Positions 28,318-43,534 of a DNA stretch of 64,000 nucleotides are shown piece after piece (position 1 is the first letter of the stretch; each line of letters opens with the position of its first letter). The notes beneath the pieces were generated by a model. It was not told where the DNA came from. It saw nothing but the letters and a program-made list of their open reading frames with translations, and ran no database searches. This DNA comes from Gammaproteobacteria bacterium (GTDB lineage: Bacteria; Pseudomonadota; Gammaproteobacteria; Acidiferrobacterales; UBA6901): positions 35,838 to 99,837 of the forward strand of contig JAPTTX010000100.1 in assembly GCA_028068195.1 (NCBI GenBank). The letters are read 5' to 3'. Made by a program: the position numbers and the translations under genes.

Positions 28318-29553
28318 TCAGCCCGCCGACCGCCGGTTCTGGGCAGCTCTCTTGTGATCCAGGGCTGCCTGGTAGGACAGGATGGTCTTCGCCGCCACCC
28401 GGTCCCAGCTAAGGTGCGATTCGGCGCGTTCACGACCTTTCTGGACGATCTCGAGACGTAACGCCTCATCTGAAAGCAGCTTCAGGATTGCGTCCGCCAA
28501 TGATCCGGGATCGTTTTCTGGAATCCATACCGCGGCATCACCCAGGTGATCCGGCAGCCCCGCGCGGCGCGTAGCAATGACGGCCGCGCCGTTCGCCAGC
28601 GCATTGGCGGCCGCCAATCCGGCGAAACTGCCGGTATAAGGCAGAACACAAAGGAGCGCTTTTCCGTACGCCTCCGAGGTGGCCTGCGCATCTATCTGGT
28701 TGCGCCATTGCACGAGATCCTCAATTCCATTCTGCGCCGCGAGCTGCAATCCGTACTCCGGAGTCCTGTCGCCATAGTGGCCATGGATCACGAGACCCGG
28801 AGTCTTCTCACCCAATCGCGCCTTCACCATGGCCATGGCTTTGAAGAGCGAGTCGACTCCTTTACCGACATGGAGCCGGTGCGCCCCGTAGAATATGATG
28901 GTCTGCCTCGGGCCGTCGGGCATGGGCCGGACTTCCACCCCATGCTCCACCACGTCGATCCGTCCGCCGTCCACGCCCAATCCGATCAGACGCTCCTTCA
29001 TGTCCGCGGCATGAACGATAATGCGGTCGGCGCGGTTGTAGGCCAGGTTGCTTTGCGGGTGCTCGGTTTGATGAGGATCCAGTTCGTGGACGGTGACGAC
29101 CCGCGCCGCAACGGCTGGAAGGCGAAGCCAGTTGAACACCGCCACGGACCCATACGCATTGAGCGTTTGCTGGAAATGCACGACATCCGCATCGCCGTTG
29201 AAACTCAGATAGCGCTTCGCTCTTTGCAAGTAAATCAGCTGGCGGGCCTGCGTACGTAACCAATATTTGAGCGGGTTGTCCGACTTGAAATACCGGACAT
29301 GCGGAAACTCAAAATATTCGCATCGCCGATCATGGAACCGTCTCTTGACTTCTTCCGGGTGTCCGCAGCCGCAGTTGGAGGCAATTACGCCGACTTCCGA
29401 CCCCAGCCGCCGCTCCAGGGCCTGGCGGAGCCCGTCGGTATACTCGCCGTAGGAAGTGGCAAACCAGCAGGAAATGATCTTTATTTTCAATGGTTGAATC
29501 CCGTTAGTGATTTCTTCGGAGCACTGGCGCACCACGTGCGCTTCGCGTTCCAT
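28318..29553 (-). CDS. GT-B fold glycosyltransferase (GT4-like)
   Basis: 411 aa. The C-terminal half carries ...CVLPYTGSFAGLAAANALANGAAVIATRRAGLPDHLGDAA... in the nucleotide-sugar-binding region. Confidence 0.75.
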   Translation of the reverse strand: MEREAHVVRQCSEEITNGIQPLKIKIISCWFATSYGEYTDGLRQALERRLGSEVGVIASNCGCGHPEEVKRRFHDRRCEYFEFPHVRYFKSDNPLKYWLRTQARQLIYLQRAKRYLSFNGDADVVHFQQTLNAYGSVAVFNWLRLPAVAARVVTVHELDPHQTEHPQSNLAYNRADRIIVHAADMKERLIGLGVDGGRIDVVEHGVEVRPMPDGPRQTIIFYGAHRLHVGKGVDSLFKAMAMVKARLGEKTPGLVIHGHYGDRTPEYGLQLAAQNGIEDLVQWRNQIDAQATSEAYGKALLCVLPYTGSFAGLAAANALANGAAVIATRRAGLPDHLGDAAVWIPENDPGSLADAILKLLSDEALRLEIVQKGRERAESHLSWDRVAAKTILSYQAALDHKRAAQNRRSAG

Positions 29554-29844
29554 CCCGGTGCCGGATGATCAGGCGCCGAACCCCCTGCAAGGTTTTGCAA
29601 ACTGCAACCTTACCTCACCGTTGAAAATACCTCGCACACTCCAGCTCGACGCGAACATCTGCTGCCAGCCTCCCTCAGCCGGCATAGCCGCATTGTGCCC
29701 TGGACTTCCCGGCCGGCGACACAGTCCGGCCGCTGCAACATAACCCTGGCCATATTCCTTCTCGGCCGCGCACCGAGCCGGATCATCGTCACGACCGAAC
29801 TTGACCACCGTGTCCGCGCGGCCACGTGAGCGCCCCGCCTACCG

Positions 29845-31242
29845 CTACCTCGATCCCTTCCCGAAGACGATGACCTGCACGGTCTGCAGGATAACCACGA
29901 TATCCAGAAACAGGCTGTGATTCTTCACATAGTACAGGTCATACTGCAGCTTTTCGATTGCATCCTCCACCGATGCTCCGTAGGAGCATCGTATCTGCGC
30001 CCATCCCGTGATTCCCGGCTTGACATTATGGCGGCACATGAAGAAGGGGATCTGTCGCGAAAGCTGTTCGACGAAATATGGCCTTTCCGGACGCGGTCCG
30101 ACAAAACTCATGTCCCCTTTTAGCACATTGAATATTTGCGGAAGCTCGTCGATGCGCAGCTTGCGTATGACCCGCCCGACGCGCGTAATGCGATCATCGT
30201 TCTCCATTGCCCAGCGCGGCTTTCCGTCCTTTTCGGCATCTGCGCGCATGCTGCGGAACTTCAGGACATTAAACGGCACGCCCCCCTGCCCCACACGCTC
30301 CTGCCGGTACAGCACGGGCCCCCGGCTATCGAGCTTGATGAGCACGGCCGTCAAGAGCATTACGGGCAGCGATATCGCCAGGAGTACGCCGCTCACCAAA
30401 ATATCAAAGGTGCGCTTGATCGAATCCGTGAACGGCCCGCGGGGAAATCCGTCGGAGAATATCATCCAGCTCGGATTCAGCGACTGAAGATATACATGTC
30501 CGGTCTCGCGCTCGAAAAACGAGGGCAGATCTATGACGTCGATGCCGTTGAGCTTGCACATAAGCACATCGTCGATCGGAAGTCCGCCGCCGCGGCGGTC
30601 CCGGACGCCAACGACAATTTCGTCAATCTCGTGCTTCTTCGCGATCGCGCACAGGCTACCCTCCTCGGCAAGGACCTTGTCTTTGTTCACGAAGTGATGT
30701 CCGCCACCCAGCGGTAGGTATCCGACCACGCGGAATCCCTGCTGGCCGTTTCCGGAACGCTCGAGGGCATCTATTTTTGCCGCACGCGTGCCGGTACCAA
30801 GCACCAGGATGCGCCGCTTGTTGTTGCCAATCTCGCCCAGCGAGAGATAGACGGACCGCACCGCCACAATGCTGGCGAATGCAATAATATAGGCAATACC
30901 GAATGCGACCCGGCCGACAAACAGCTTCGGCACCGCATAGAAGATCAGGCTCATCGCGGCGAGCCCGACGACAAAACTCACGGCAATCCGCCCGTAGTGC
31001 CACACCCGCGGCTGGTACTCGCGCTGGTAGAGGCCCATGGCGACCATGATGGCCAGCATGGCTACCGCAAAAGTGAACGCCCTCGGAAGTACCATTCCCA
31101 GACCGGCGCGCGGAATTCCACCCTCGTCCTTCCAGAACCAGGCCGCCACGCCGGCGTAAATCGACAGGAAGAGCACGCCAGTCTCCATGATACCGAGCAC
31201 CAGCAACGACGCCGGCATGTAATGCTTGAAAACTCGAATCAT
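29845..31242 (-). CDS. Polyprenyl-phosphate sugar-phosphate transferase (priming enzyme), PEP-CTERM-locus type
   Basis: I prefer the Met at 31242, which gives the N-terminus MIRVFKHYMP that I associate with the PEP-CTERM-associated sugar transferase family. There are 4-5 N-terminal TMs. The C-terminal bacterial sugar-transferase domain carries KRTFDILVSG...LKFRSM...DELPQIFNVLKGDMSFVGPRPERP. Confidence 0.9.
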   Translation of the reverse strand: MIRVFKHYMPASLLVLGIMETGVLFLSIYAGVAAWFWKDEGGIPRAGLGMVLPRAFTFAVAMLAIMVAMGLYQREYQPRVWHYGRIAVSFVVGLAAMSLIFYAVPKLFVGRVAFGIAYIIAFASIVAVRSVYLSLGEIGNNKRRILVLGTGTRAAKIDALERSGNGQQGFRVVGYLPLGGGHHFVNKDKVLAEEGSLCAIAKKHEIDEIVVGVRDRRGGGLPIDDVLMCKLNGIDVIDLPSFFERETGHVYLQSLNPSWMIFSDGFPRGPFTDSIKRTFDILVSGVLLAISLPVMLLTAVLIKLDSRGPVLYRQERVGQGGVPFNVLKFRSMRADAEKDGKPRWAMENDDRITRVGRVIRKLRIDELPQIFNVLKGDMSFVGPRPERPYFVEQLSRQIPFFMCRHNVKPGITGWAQIRCSYGASVEDAIEKLQYDLYYVKNHSLFLDIVVILQTVQVIVFGKGSR

Positions 31243-31334
31243 GCAGCGCGCTCCCAGACGCCGTGTGCTGCGTGACGGCAAAACCGTTTGAGCGGCCAAT
31301 CCGTCTAGCAATTCTTCTTCCCGCCACCCACCCC

Positions 31335-31353
31335 GCATCTGCGCCGCAGATGC
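31335..31353. promoter_or_regulatory. Perfect 19-nt palindrome upstream of the priming sugar-transferase gene
   Basis: GCATCTGCG-C-CGCAGATGC lies 93-111 nt upstream of the preferred start at 31242. It is a candidate operator or 5'-UTR hairpin; the function is inferred. Confidence 0.3.
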
Positions 31354-31875
31354 GAATCCGGGACTACCTTTTGTTACAGTTACTTCGAGATGGAGAAAAG
31401 CGCATTGACCCGTCGCAATTTCGCGACGTCATGCGCCAATTATTAGTTGCGGCATCGGATTTATTGGATGTTCCGGACCGGAAACACCACCATATTGCCG
31501 CCAGGCCGTCACCGGCCTGCTCGCGAGCCCACCCGCAAGGAAATTTCCCTCATTTTAACATTAGTCCAGGTCTTCTCAATAGGCGCCGCCCTGCCATTAT
31601 AGCTTTAATTTCTATGCAAAATTGTGGCACCAGACCATGGAGTGTATGCGGCCAACGGGCAGCCGCTCCGGGCGGCCCGGCTGATCGGGGTTTGCTGTGC
31701 GGCCCGCCCTGCGGCGGCCCGCATTGCCGCCGGTGATACCGGCCGAACGGGGTGAAATTCAGCGATCGAGCCGGCCTGCAGTACAATGTATAGGCGATAT
31801 GTGGCAGCCCGCGCTGCGTGGACCTGGTCGCAACCACCAAACGAACGCGCGCCTGCTGGAACGTGGGTCGACTAC

Positions 31876-32943
31876 ATGCAATCGAATCAGGAGTGGCTGG
31901 AGTTTCTGAAGGCTGGGGGTGCCGTGCTGGCCGATGGCGAAGTCAGCCACTTCGGGAACACGGAGTCGGAACGCCGCCATGTTGCCGCGGGCGATGTCAT
32001 GGCGGACCTGTCGCACCTGTCGCTGATCAGTGCCGCCGGAGAGGACGCCGGCAGCTTTCTGCAGGGCCAACTCAGCAACGATGTCTCGCTGGTCGCTGCC
32101 ACCCGCAGTGAAATCGCGGCATACTGCAGCCCGCAGGGCCGCATGCTCGCCATTTTCCGGATATTCATGCGTGAAGGCACCTATTTTCTGCAGCTGCCCA
32201 CAGGCCTGATGGAACCGACGCTCAAGCGCCTGCGGATGTTCGTGTTGCGCGCCAAGGTGAGGCTTGAGGATGTCGGCGCCGAATGGGTGCGCATCGGCGT
32301 CGCAGGGCCGAACACCCCGACGATGCTGTCGGAAGCGGGGATGCCTGCCCCTGACCGGGTCGATGCCTGCATGACTGCGGCAGAGGTCACCGTCCTGAGA
32401 GTTGCCGGACCCACGCCCCGCTTCGAACTCGTAGGCCGCGCGGCGGCGATGGTGCGTCTGTGGACGCAACTGCGTACGCGGCTTGTGCCGGTTGGTGCGG
32501 CTTCCTGGTCCTGGCTCGACCTCGCAGCCGCCATGCCGACGGTATTGCCGGGCACGACTGAACAGTTCGTCCCGCAGATGGCAAACCTCGATCTAGTCGG
32601 AGGAATCAGCTTCAACAAAGGCTGCTACCCGGGGCAGGAGATCGTGGCGCGCATGCACTATCTGGGTCGCCTCAAGCAGCGCATGATCCGGGCGCGGGTC
32701 CGGACTGGAACGCGTCCGCAACCCGGGGCGCCGGTCTATGCGCCGGATTTTGTGGGACAATCGGCGGGAACCGTGGTTGATGCCCAGCCGGGCCCTGAGG
32801 ACGGATTCGATCTGCTCGCCGTAGTCCAGATCAGCAGCATCCGGAACGCGGAGCTGCATCTCGACAGCCCTTCCGGCCCAAGACTGCAACTGCTCGAGAT
32901 GCCCTACCCGCTAGAACTCGAATCGGCGGCGGCCAGCGGCTGA
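31876..32943 (+). CDS. ygfZ: Folate-binding Fe-S cluster repair / tRNA-modification protein YgfZ
   Basis: FLQGQLSNDV and the YgfZ signature FNKGCYPGQEIVARMHYLG. The ATG at 31876 is chosen by N-terminal alignment logic. Confidence 0.85.
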   Translation: MQSNQEWLEFLKAGGAVLADGEVSHFGNTESERRHVAAGDVMADLSHLSLISAAGEDAGSFLQGQLSNDVSLVAATRSEIAAYCSPQGRMLAIFRIFMREGTYFLQLPTGLMEPTLKRLRMFVLRAKVRLEDVGAEWVRIGVAGPNTPTMLSEAGMPAPDRVDACMTAAEVTVLRVAGPTPRFELVGRAAAMVRLWTQLRTRLVPVGAASWSWLDLAAAMPTVLPGTTEQFVPQMANLDLVGGISFNKGCYPGQEIVARMHYLGRLKQRMIRARVRTGTRPQPGAPVYAPDFVGQSAGTVVDAQPGPEDGFDLLAVVQISSIRNAELHLDSPSGPRLQLLEMPYPLELESAAASG

Positions 32944-32985
32944 CGGATCGGTGCAGATGCGGTCACTGCCTGCGGCGCCCGGTCC

Positions 32986-33291
32986 TCAGCGCCGCGAGGC
33001 GCCGCTACCCTCCCCGTCCTGCTGGATGACCTGATAGAAGGTTTCATTCTTCTTCACCATGCCGAGCTGGGAGCGTGCGAGATCCTGCACCGATGCCAGC
33101 CCCTGCCGGAGATCGAGCACCTTGGCGTCGAGCGCCTGATCGCGTTCGTTTACCCGCGCATTCTGTGCCTTTTGAATCGCGATCTCGTGCTTCAGCCGCC
33201 ACAGGCTGACCGCACCTCCGGTGCCAAACCACAGCGTGTACTGCAGCAGCACCAGCAGCAGCCCGGCAAGCAAGTAGGCCGCAATTCTCAC
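32986..33291 (-). CDS. ftsB: Cell division protein FtsB
   Basis: A GTG at 33291 gives a 101-aa protein with an N-terminal TM (IAAYLLAGLLLVLLQYTLWF) and a coiled coil (LKHEIAIQKAQNARVNERDQAL...). It lies directly downstream of eno, as in many proteobacteria. Confidence 0.85.
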   Translation of the reverse strand: MRIAAYLLAGLLLVLLQYTLWFGTGGAVSLWRLKHEIAIQKAQNARVNERDQALDAKVLDLRQGLASVQDLARSQLGMVKKNETFYQVIQQDGEGSGASRR

Positions 33292-33557
33292 CGCACCGTC
33301 ATCCGACCCCAACCGGGGTAGACGGACCCCATGCCGCAGTGCATGTGGAGCGAACGCAAACCGAAACCGGGCGCGATCCGCCGCACCAGCCACATTCTGC
33401 ACCTTCCGCCTCCTTCCGCCGTCTCGGCGTTCCATCAATGGACCCGAAAGTCCCTGACACCCAAGCCCTGCCTTTCCGTAGTATAGGCATTCGCCACCGG
33501 ATTGCTGCTACCCCATCGCGCCATCACGTGACTCGGCGTGACTGCTCGCAGACGGCA

Positions 33558-34901
<1,344 letters not shown>

Positions 34902-34929
34902 TTATCCCTGACTGTTGCGGCTGGGGCGC

Positions 34930-37496
<2,567 letters not shown>

Positions 37497-37573
37497 TTAC
37501 CAGATGCCGGGTTCACGCACAATGAAAATGAGAATTGCACTGCCCATGGCAGCGGGAATGCCGACAGCACGCC

Positions 37574-38950
37574 CTAACAGGGCTCCCAGGCGAAGGCCAC
37601 GCCGGGTTCCTGCGCCATCGCTGCGTACGGTTCGCACACCCACAGGTCGGCCACGGCCGCCAGCTCCCCGCCCACATACACCAAGGGAACGCGATCCCGC
37701 AGCCAGGGCTCCAGCCCGCAGCCCTGGAGCAGCTTCTTGAGCTTCTGGTGGTGCATCTTCCCGGGCAGGCGACAGGACTCCCCGCCACGGCGCAGCCGCA
37801 CCTGCACCGGCCGGCCTGCAAGACGTGCGCGCGCAAGTCCCCGGCCGGAGGCTTCCAGCGGGCGCAGTCGATAGCCGGTTCCCGGAATGGCGAGCGGGGC
37901 GGCCAGGTCCCAGTCGAGCGCCAAATCGCTGGCGACCGCCGTCAAGGGCGCCATGACGTGCAGCTCGTCGCGGTAGCGCCAGACCTCGGCCTGCGGCCAG
38001 GCGATGCGCGCGTGCCGCGACTTCGGCAGGAGCGCCAGCCGGTCATCGATCTCATCCAGATGCACGGTGCTCGGCGCGAGAAACCCCCGCACCCTCATCC
38101 AGTGCCGCAGGACGTTCCGCCTCCGCGCCCGCGACAGGGCCGCAAGCGCCGCAACAGACAATGACGGCGGTCGCAACCGCCCGTCACCGTGGCGGTGGCG
38201 AGCGAGGCAGCATGCCAGGTCCTGGGCCCCGACCTCATCGAGCAGCTGCAGCGTCTCGGCGGCATGCGCAGCGCTGCGTGCCAGCACCGCGCGGACACTC
38301 GGCCAGTACTCCTCGAGCTGCGGGATCAGCTGCTGCCGCAAACGGTTGCGACGGTAGCCCGTATCCAGGTTGCTTGGATCCTCAATCCATTCCAGGCCCT
38401 GGTCCAGGGCATAGCTACGCAGCGCCGCTCGGCTGAAGCTGAGCAGCGGCCTGGCGATTTGCCCCGGCCCGAACGGCGCCAGCGCTGGCATGCCGGCAAG
38501 ACCACGTATCCCCGTCCCGCGCAGCAGCTGCAACAGCACGGTTTCAGCCTGGTCGTCCTGCTGGTGTCCGGTCACCAGGACGTCGCCGCTGCGCTGTTGA
38601 CGTGCGAAGGCGGCGTAACGCGCTGCGCGCGCGGCCGCCTCTATCCCCTCGCCGCGCATCGGCCGCACTTCCAGCCCCTCGACCCGGCACGGGACTTCCA
38701 GGCCGGCGCACACTTGCAGGCAGTGGCGCGACCACTCGGCCGACGCCGGATGCAACCCGTGATCGACGTGCATGGCCTCCAGGCGCAGCGGCGCAGCGGC
38801 GCGCAGCGCCGCCAGGGCGTGCAGCAGGGAGTGCGAATCGAGACCGCCACTGTACGCGACCCGGAACGAGGTATCGGCTGCGAGGCGCAGATCCCCGAAC
38901 AGCACCTGCCCCAGGGAGGTTGCGGAGAAACGATGCTCAGGTCTCGTCAA
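37574..38950 (-). CDS. tilS: tRNA(Ile)-lysidine synthase
   Basis: PP-loop motif [14 protein letters not shown], downstream of accA. The start is uncertain (TTG 38950 or GTG 38905). Confidence 0.9.
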   Translation of the reverse strand: MTRPEHRFSATSLGQVLFGDLRLAADTSFRVAYSGGLDSHSLLHALAALRAAAPLRLEAMHVDHGLHPASAEWSRHCLQVCAGLEVPCRVEGLEVRPMRGEGIEAAARAARYAAFARQQRSGDVLVTGHQQDDQAETVLLQLLRGTGIRGLAGMPALAPFGPGQIARPLLSFSRAALRSYALDQGLEWIEDPSNLDTGYRRNRLRQQLIPQLEEYWPSVRAVLARSAAHAAETLQLLDEVGAQDLACCLARHRHGDGRLRPPSLSVAALAALSRARRRNVLRHWMRVRGFLAPSTVHLDEIDDRLALLPKSRHARIAWPQAEVWRYRDELHVMAPLTAVASDLALDWDLAAPLAIPGTGYRLRPLEASGRGLARARLAGRPVQVRLRRGGESCRLPGKMHHQKLKKLLQGCGLEPWLRDRVPLVYVGGELAAVADLWVCEPYAAMAQEPGVAFAWEPC

Positions 38951-39896
38951 ACTTGCCGTACTGCATGAGTCGCGCGTACCGGGCCGTCACCAGCTGCTCG
39001 GCCGGAACGCTGGCCAGGTTCTCCAGGCCCGACAACAAGGCCTGGCGCAGCGATGCGGCCATGGCATCAATGTCCCGGTGCGCGCCGCCAAGAGGTTCAG
39101 GCACCACCTCATCGATGAGCCCAAGCTTGAGCAAGCTGTCGGCGGTGATGCCCATCGCTTCCGCCGCCAGCGCCGCCTTGTCCGCGCTCTTCCACAGGAT
39201 GGAGGCACATCCCTCCGGCGAAATCACCGAGTAGGTCGAGTACTGCAGCATCATGACACGGTCGGCGACCCCTATCGCCAGCGCTCCGCCCGACCCTCCT
39301 TCGCCGATCACGGTGGCGAGTATGGGGGTCCCGAGGGACGCCATCGTATACAGGTTGCGCGCAATGGCCTCGCTCTGCCCCCGCTCCTCGGCACCGACAC
39401 CGGGGTAAGCCCCCGGCGTGTCGATGAACGTAACCACCGGCATCTGGAACCGTTCTGCCGTTTTCATCACGCGCATTGCCTTGCGGTAGCCTTCCGGCCG
39501 CGGCATTCCGAAATTTCGCCGCACCTTTTCGCGCGTGTCTCGGCCCTTCTGGTGGCCAATCACCGCCACCGAGTGGTCCTCGAGCCGCGCGATTCCGGCA
39601 ACGATGGCGGGATCGTCGGCAAACGCGCGATCCCCGTGCAGTTCCTGAAAATCGGTGAATATGCGCCCGATATAGTCGAGGGTATAGGGCCGCTGCGGAT
39701 GGCGGGCAAGCTGCGAGATCTGCCACGGCGTCAGGGAAGTGAATATGGACTCGGTTAGCTTGCGGCTCTTGAGCCGCAGACGGTTGATCTCTTCATTGAT
39801 GTTCAGTTCGCTGTTCTTGTCGGCGAATCGCAATGCCTCGATCTTCGCCTCGAGATCGGCAATGGACTGCTCGAAATCCAGAAAATTGGGATTCAT
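38937..39896 (-). CDS. accA: Acetyl-CoA carboxylase carboxyltransferase subunit alpha
   Basis: [23 protein letters not shown]...[12 protein letters not shown]...[12 protein letters not shown]; the ATG is at 39896. Confidence 0.96.
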   Translation of the reverse strand: MNPNFLDFEQSIADLEAKIEALRFADKNSELNINEEINRLRLKSRKLTESIFTSLTPWQISQLARHPQRPYTLDYIGRIFTDFQELHGDRAFADDPAIVAGIARLEDHSVAVIGHQKGRDTREKVRRNFGMPRPEGYRKAMRVMKTAERFQMPVVTFIDTPGAYPGVGAEERGQSEAIARNLYTMASLGTPILATVIGEGGSGGALAIGVADRVMMLQYSTYSVISPEGCASILWKSADKAALAAEAMGITADSLLKLGLIDEVVPEPLGGAHRDIDAMAASLRQALLSGLENLASVPAEQLVTARYARLMQYGKFDET

Positions 39897-39898
39897 GA

Positions 39899-42800
39899 CT
39901 AAACCTGGCGCGTCGCCCCGGCGTAGATTAAACGCACATGCTCTTGTCCTGCAAGCTGCCACAGGCGCTCCAGCACCGCACCGCTCGGTGTGATCCGCCA
40001 CTCCTCGCCCAGAACGATCTGCGCCTCGGCGTCGGACCGGCGGTATTGAAGGTGCACCGGACACCGGCCGGGCGTCGCCGGTTTCAGAATCTCCTGCAGC
40101 TCGCGCGCGAACCCGTTTCCGGCCAGTTCCGCGTCCACGTCGATTTCCAGGCGGCTTGCCATGGCCGCGCGCGCCTGGTCGATGTCGTAGATCTTCTCCG
40201 CGCTCATCCGGAAACCGCCCGAGTATTCGTCCACGCTCACCTGTCCTTCGACGATCAGAAGGTTATCCTTGCCGAGCAGCTCTCGGTGGCGCTCGTACAG
40301 CTCCGAGAACACGGCCAGCTCAAGCTGGCCGGTGCGATCGTCCAGAGTCACGAACGCCATGCGGTCGCCACGGCGAGTGTTCATCGTGCGCATCCCGACA
40401 ACCAGCCCCGCCACCACCACAGGGCGGTCCTCGACCGGCTTCAGTTCCGCCAGACAGTTGTCGGTGATGTGCCGCAGCTCGGCTTCATAGCGCCTGATGG
40501 GATGGCCGGTGAGGTACAGGCCGAGCGTATCCTTTTCGCCCTGCAGGCGCTGCTCCTCGGACCACGGCGCGACCTCGGCAAGGCGCGGCGCTTCTGCCGG
40601 GACGCTGGCCGCGGAAAACAGGTCAACCTGTCCTGCATCGCGGTTCTTGCTGTACTGCCCGGCGGCGGCGAGCACGGTGTTGAGCGACGCCATCATCGCG
40701 GCGCGGTCCGGGCCGAGCCCGTCCAGCGCCCCGGCGCGAATCAGCGACTCGAGCACCCGCCGGTTCACCCGCCGCAGATCGATGCGCCGGCAAAGGTCGA
40801 ACAGATCACGGAATGGACCGCCACTGCGGCGCGCATCTAGGATGGCTTCGATGGCCGACTCGCCCAAGCCCTTGATGGCACCGAGACCGTACAGGATGGT
40901 GAGGCCGGGCTGCGGTTCGCCCTCTGCCGCCGGCGCGCTGGCAGCCCCGGGGTCAAGCGGCACAAAGGCGTAGTCGCAGCGATTGATATCAGGCGGCATA
41001 AGGCTTATGCCCATGCTGCGGCATTCGGCGATCATGGTTACGACCTTGTCGGTCTTGTCCATGTCCGCCGTCAGTACCGCCGCCATGAACGCTGCCGGAT
41101 AGTGTGCCTTGAGCCAGGCAGTCTGATACGTGATGAGCGCATAGGCTGCGGAATGCGAGCGGTTGAAGCCATAACCGGCAAACTTCTCAATCAGGTTGAA
41201 AATGTCACCGGCGAGCTTACCGTCCACCTTGCGCGCCACCGCTCCGTTGACGAAGACATCGCGCTGCTTGGCCATCTCCTCGGGTTTCTTCTTGCCCATC
41301 GCGCGCCGCAGCAAGTCGGCGCTCCCGAGCGTGTATCCGGACAGCACCTGGGCAATCTGCATCACCTGCTCCTGGTACAGGATCACGCCGTATGTGGGCC
41401 TGAGGATGGGTTCGAGGCTCGGATGCGGATACCGGATGCGTTCGCGGCCGTGCTTGCGGTTGACGAAATCGTCAACCATGCCGGACTGCAGCGGGCCGGG
41501 GCGGAACAGCGCCACAAGCGCCACAATCTCTTCGAAGTTGTCGGGCTGCAGCCGCTGGATCAGATCCTTCATTCCGCGCGATTCGAGCTGGAACAGCGCG
41601 GTCGTGCGGCAGGACTTGAGCAGCGTAAAAGCCTCGGGGTCATCTATCGGTAGTCGTTCGATCACCAGCGGCGGCTCGCCGAGCCGCTCGCGCGTGGCGT
41701 TGACCGTTTTTACTGCCTTGTCGATGATGGTGAGATTGCGCAAGCCGAGAAAGTCGAACTTCACAAGCCCAATCGTCTCGACGTCCTTCATGTCCAACTG
41801 CGTCACGAACTGCGTGCTTCCCTGTTCACAGTATAGAGGCATGAAATCCGTGAGCGCGCTCGGAGCGATCACCACGCCGGCTGCGTGTTTGCCGGCCGAA
41901 CGCGCCAGCCCCTCGAGGGCGCGTGCCGTGTCGAGAAGAGCGCGCACGTCCTCCCCGCTCTCGTAGCGCTCCCGCAGCATCGGTTCGCGCTCGATCGCCT
42001 TGTCGAGCGTCATGTCGAGCTCCATCGGTATAAGCTTGGCAAGCTTGTCCACGTAGCCGTACGGATGATCGAGCACGCGACCGACGTCGCGGACCACCGC
42101 CTTTGCCGCCATCGTGCCGTGGGTGATGATCTGGCACACCTTCTCCTTGCCGTAGCGCCTGGTGACGTAGTCAATCACGCGGTCGCGTCCCTCGATGCAG
42201 AAATCCACGTCGAAATCCGGCAGCGATACACGCTCTGGATTGAGGAATCGCTCGAACAGCAGGTCGTACTTGATCGGATCGAGCGCCGTGATGCCCATGG
42301 CGTAGGCAACGAGCGAGCCGGCGCCTGACCCGCGCCCCGGCCCGACCGGCACGCCGTGATCACGGGCCCACTGTATGAAGTCCGCGACAATCAGGAAATA
42401 GCCGGCGAACCCCATCTGCACGATGACGCCGAGCTCCAAATCGAGCCGCTTCTGGTACTCGTCCGCGCATGCTACGCGCGCCTCCTCGGGAAGGAGCTGC
42501 AGTCGTGCCTCCAGGCCGGTGCAGGCCTGCTGGCGCAGCATCTCGTCGACACTCTGGCCAGGGGGCAGCGGAAAATCCGGAAGATAATAGCGCCCGAACT
42601 CCAGGCGTAGGTTGCAGCGGCGGGCAATCTCCACCGAATTCTCGATCGCCTCGGGAAGATCCCGGAACAGGGCCGCCATTTCTGCGGCGGAACGGAAATA
42701 CTGCTGTTCGGTATAGCGCCGCGGGCGGCGGCTGTCCGTGAGGATGCGCCCGTCCTGGATGCATACCCGCACCTCGTGCGCCTCGAAATCCTCGGGACGC

Positions 42801-43411
42801 AAAAACTGCACAGCGTTGGTCGCCACGACCGCCAGTCCGCGCCGCTGGGCCAGGCGCACGGCTGCGCTGTTGTACTCCTCCTGCAGTGGCTGTCCGGTTC
42901 GCTGAAGTTCCAGGTAATAGCGGTCACCGAAGGCCTGCTGATATTCCGCGACCAGGGCGTCGGTGAGCTCGCCGTTACCCGCCAGTAGCGCCTGGGCGAG
43001 GTCGCTGTCCAGGGCTCCGGACAGAGCCACAAGCCCGCCGCTGCGGGCCCACAGCCAGTCCTTCATGATGCGCGGCCTGCCGCCCGACTGGCCTTCCCCG
43101 TAGGCAAGGGTGAGCAGCTGGCACAGGTTCCGGTAGCCAGCCGTGTCCTGGCACAGAAGCACCAGCCGGCTCGGCTTGTTGCGGTCGGCCGGGTTCTCGA
43201 CCCACAGATCGGCACCGATGATCGGCTTCAGGCCGGCCGCTACGGCGGCCTGGTAAAATTTTACCATGCCGAACACATTGGCCAGATCGGTGAGCGCTAC
43301 CGCCGGCACGCCCTGGGCCACGGCACTCGCCACCAGTTCGTCGATACGAACAATGCCATCGACGAGCGAAAATTCCGAATGAACGTGCAGATGGACGAAA
43401 GGCGGGTTCAC
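39899..43411 (-). CDS. dnaE: DNA polymerase III subunit alpha
   Basis: PHP domain ([16 protein letters not shown]) followed by about 1170 aa of DnaE architecture. The start is uncertain: GTG at 43411 gives (M)NPPFVHL; the track start, GTG at 43459, adds 16 aa. Confidence 0.95.
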   Translation of the reverse strand: MNPPFVHLHVHSEFSLVDGIVRIDELVASAVAQGVPAVALTDLANVFGMVKFYQAAVAAGLKPIIGADLWVENPADRNKPSRLVLLCQDTAGYRNLCQLLTLAYGEGQSGGRPRIMKDWLWARSGGLVALSGALDSDLAQALLAGNGELTDALVAEYQQAFGDRYYLELQRTGQPLQEEYNSAAVRLAQRRGLAVVATNAVQFLRPEDFEAHEVRVCIQDGRILTDSRRPRRYTEQQYFRSAAEMAALFRDLPEAIENSVEIARRCNLRLEFGRYYLPDFPLPPGQSVDEMLRQQACTGLEARLQLLPEEARVACADEYQKRLDLELGVIVQMGFAGYFLIVADFIQWARDHGVPVGPGRGSGAGSLVAYAMGITALDPIKYDLLFERFLNPERVSLPDFDVDFCIEGRDRVIDYVTRRYGKEKVCQIITHGTMAAKAVVRDVGRVLDHPYGYVDKLAKLIPMELDMTLDKAIEREPMLRERYESGEDVRALLDTARALEGLARSAGKHAAGVVIAPSALTDFMPLYCEQGSTQFVTQLDMKDVETIGLVKFDFLGLRNLTIIDKAVKTVNATRERLGEPPLVIERLPIDDPEAFTLLKSCRTTALFQLESRGMKDLIQRLQPDNFEEIVALVALFRPGPLQSGMVDDFVNRKHGRERIRYPHPSLEPILRPTYGVILYQEQVMQIAQVLSGYTLGSADLLRRAMGKKKPEEMAKQRDVFVNGAVARKVDGKLAGDIFNLIEKFAGYGFNRSHSAAYALITYQTAWLKAHYPAAFMAAVLTADMDKTDKVVTMIAECRSMGISLMPPDINRCDYAFVPLDPGAASAPAAEGEPQPGLTILYGLGAIKGLGESAIEAILDARRSGGPFRDLFDLCRRIDLRRVNRRVLESLIRAGALDGLGPDRAAMMASLNTVLAAAGQYSKNRDAGQVDLFSAASVPAEAPRLAEVAPWSEEQRLQGEKDTLGLYLTGHPIRRYEAELRHITDNCLAELKPVEDRPVVVAGLVVGMRTMNTRRGDRMAFVTLDDRTGQLELAVFSELYERHRELLGKDNLLIVEGQVSVDEYSGGFRMSAEKIYDIDQARAAMASRLEIDVDAELAGNGFARELQEILKPATPGRCPVHLQYRRSDAEAQIVLGEEWRITPSGAVLERLWQLAGQEHVRLIYAGATRQV

Positions 43412-43534
43412 AGGGGATATTTCAGCGCAAAAACCGCAACCGGGAAAGGCGGGACGCACCGTGCCGGCCGGCCGGCATCGCTGAATCCCCGATCCCGGAG
43501 GCCTGGCAGCAGCCCGACCGAGCCCGCTGCCCGA

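Noticed and set aside
1-31300. The possibility that the EPS locus is a mobile genomic island.
   Set aside because: I could find no integrase, transposase, flanking tRNA or direct repeats. Codon style looks similar to the housekeeping block by eye. Base composition was not computed, so a compositional test (GC, GC3 and tetranucleotide profiles of 1-31 kb versus 32-64 kb) remains to be done.
31625-31630. A TGGCAC hexamer resembling the -24 element of a sigma-54 promoter. PEP-CTERM loci are often sigma-54/PrsR controlled.
   Set aside because: It lies on the plus strand, pointing towards ygfZ and away from the EPS genes, and is followed by CAGAC-CATGG rather than N5-TTGC. A scan by eye of all the EPS-locus spacers found no GCAA-N5-GTGCCA (the minus-strand form) either.
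43462-43477. A perfect 16-nt GC palindrome, TGCCGGCCGGCCGGCA, between rnhB and dnaE.
   Set aside because: It is a (GGCC)n-type low-complexity palindrome with no U-tract. It may simply be part of the dnaE 5' region, or fall within the longer dnaE ORF. There is no basis for assigning a function.
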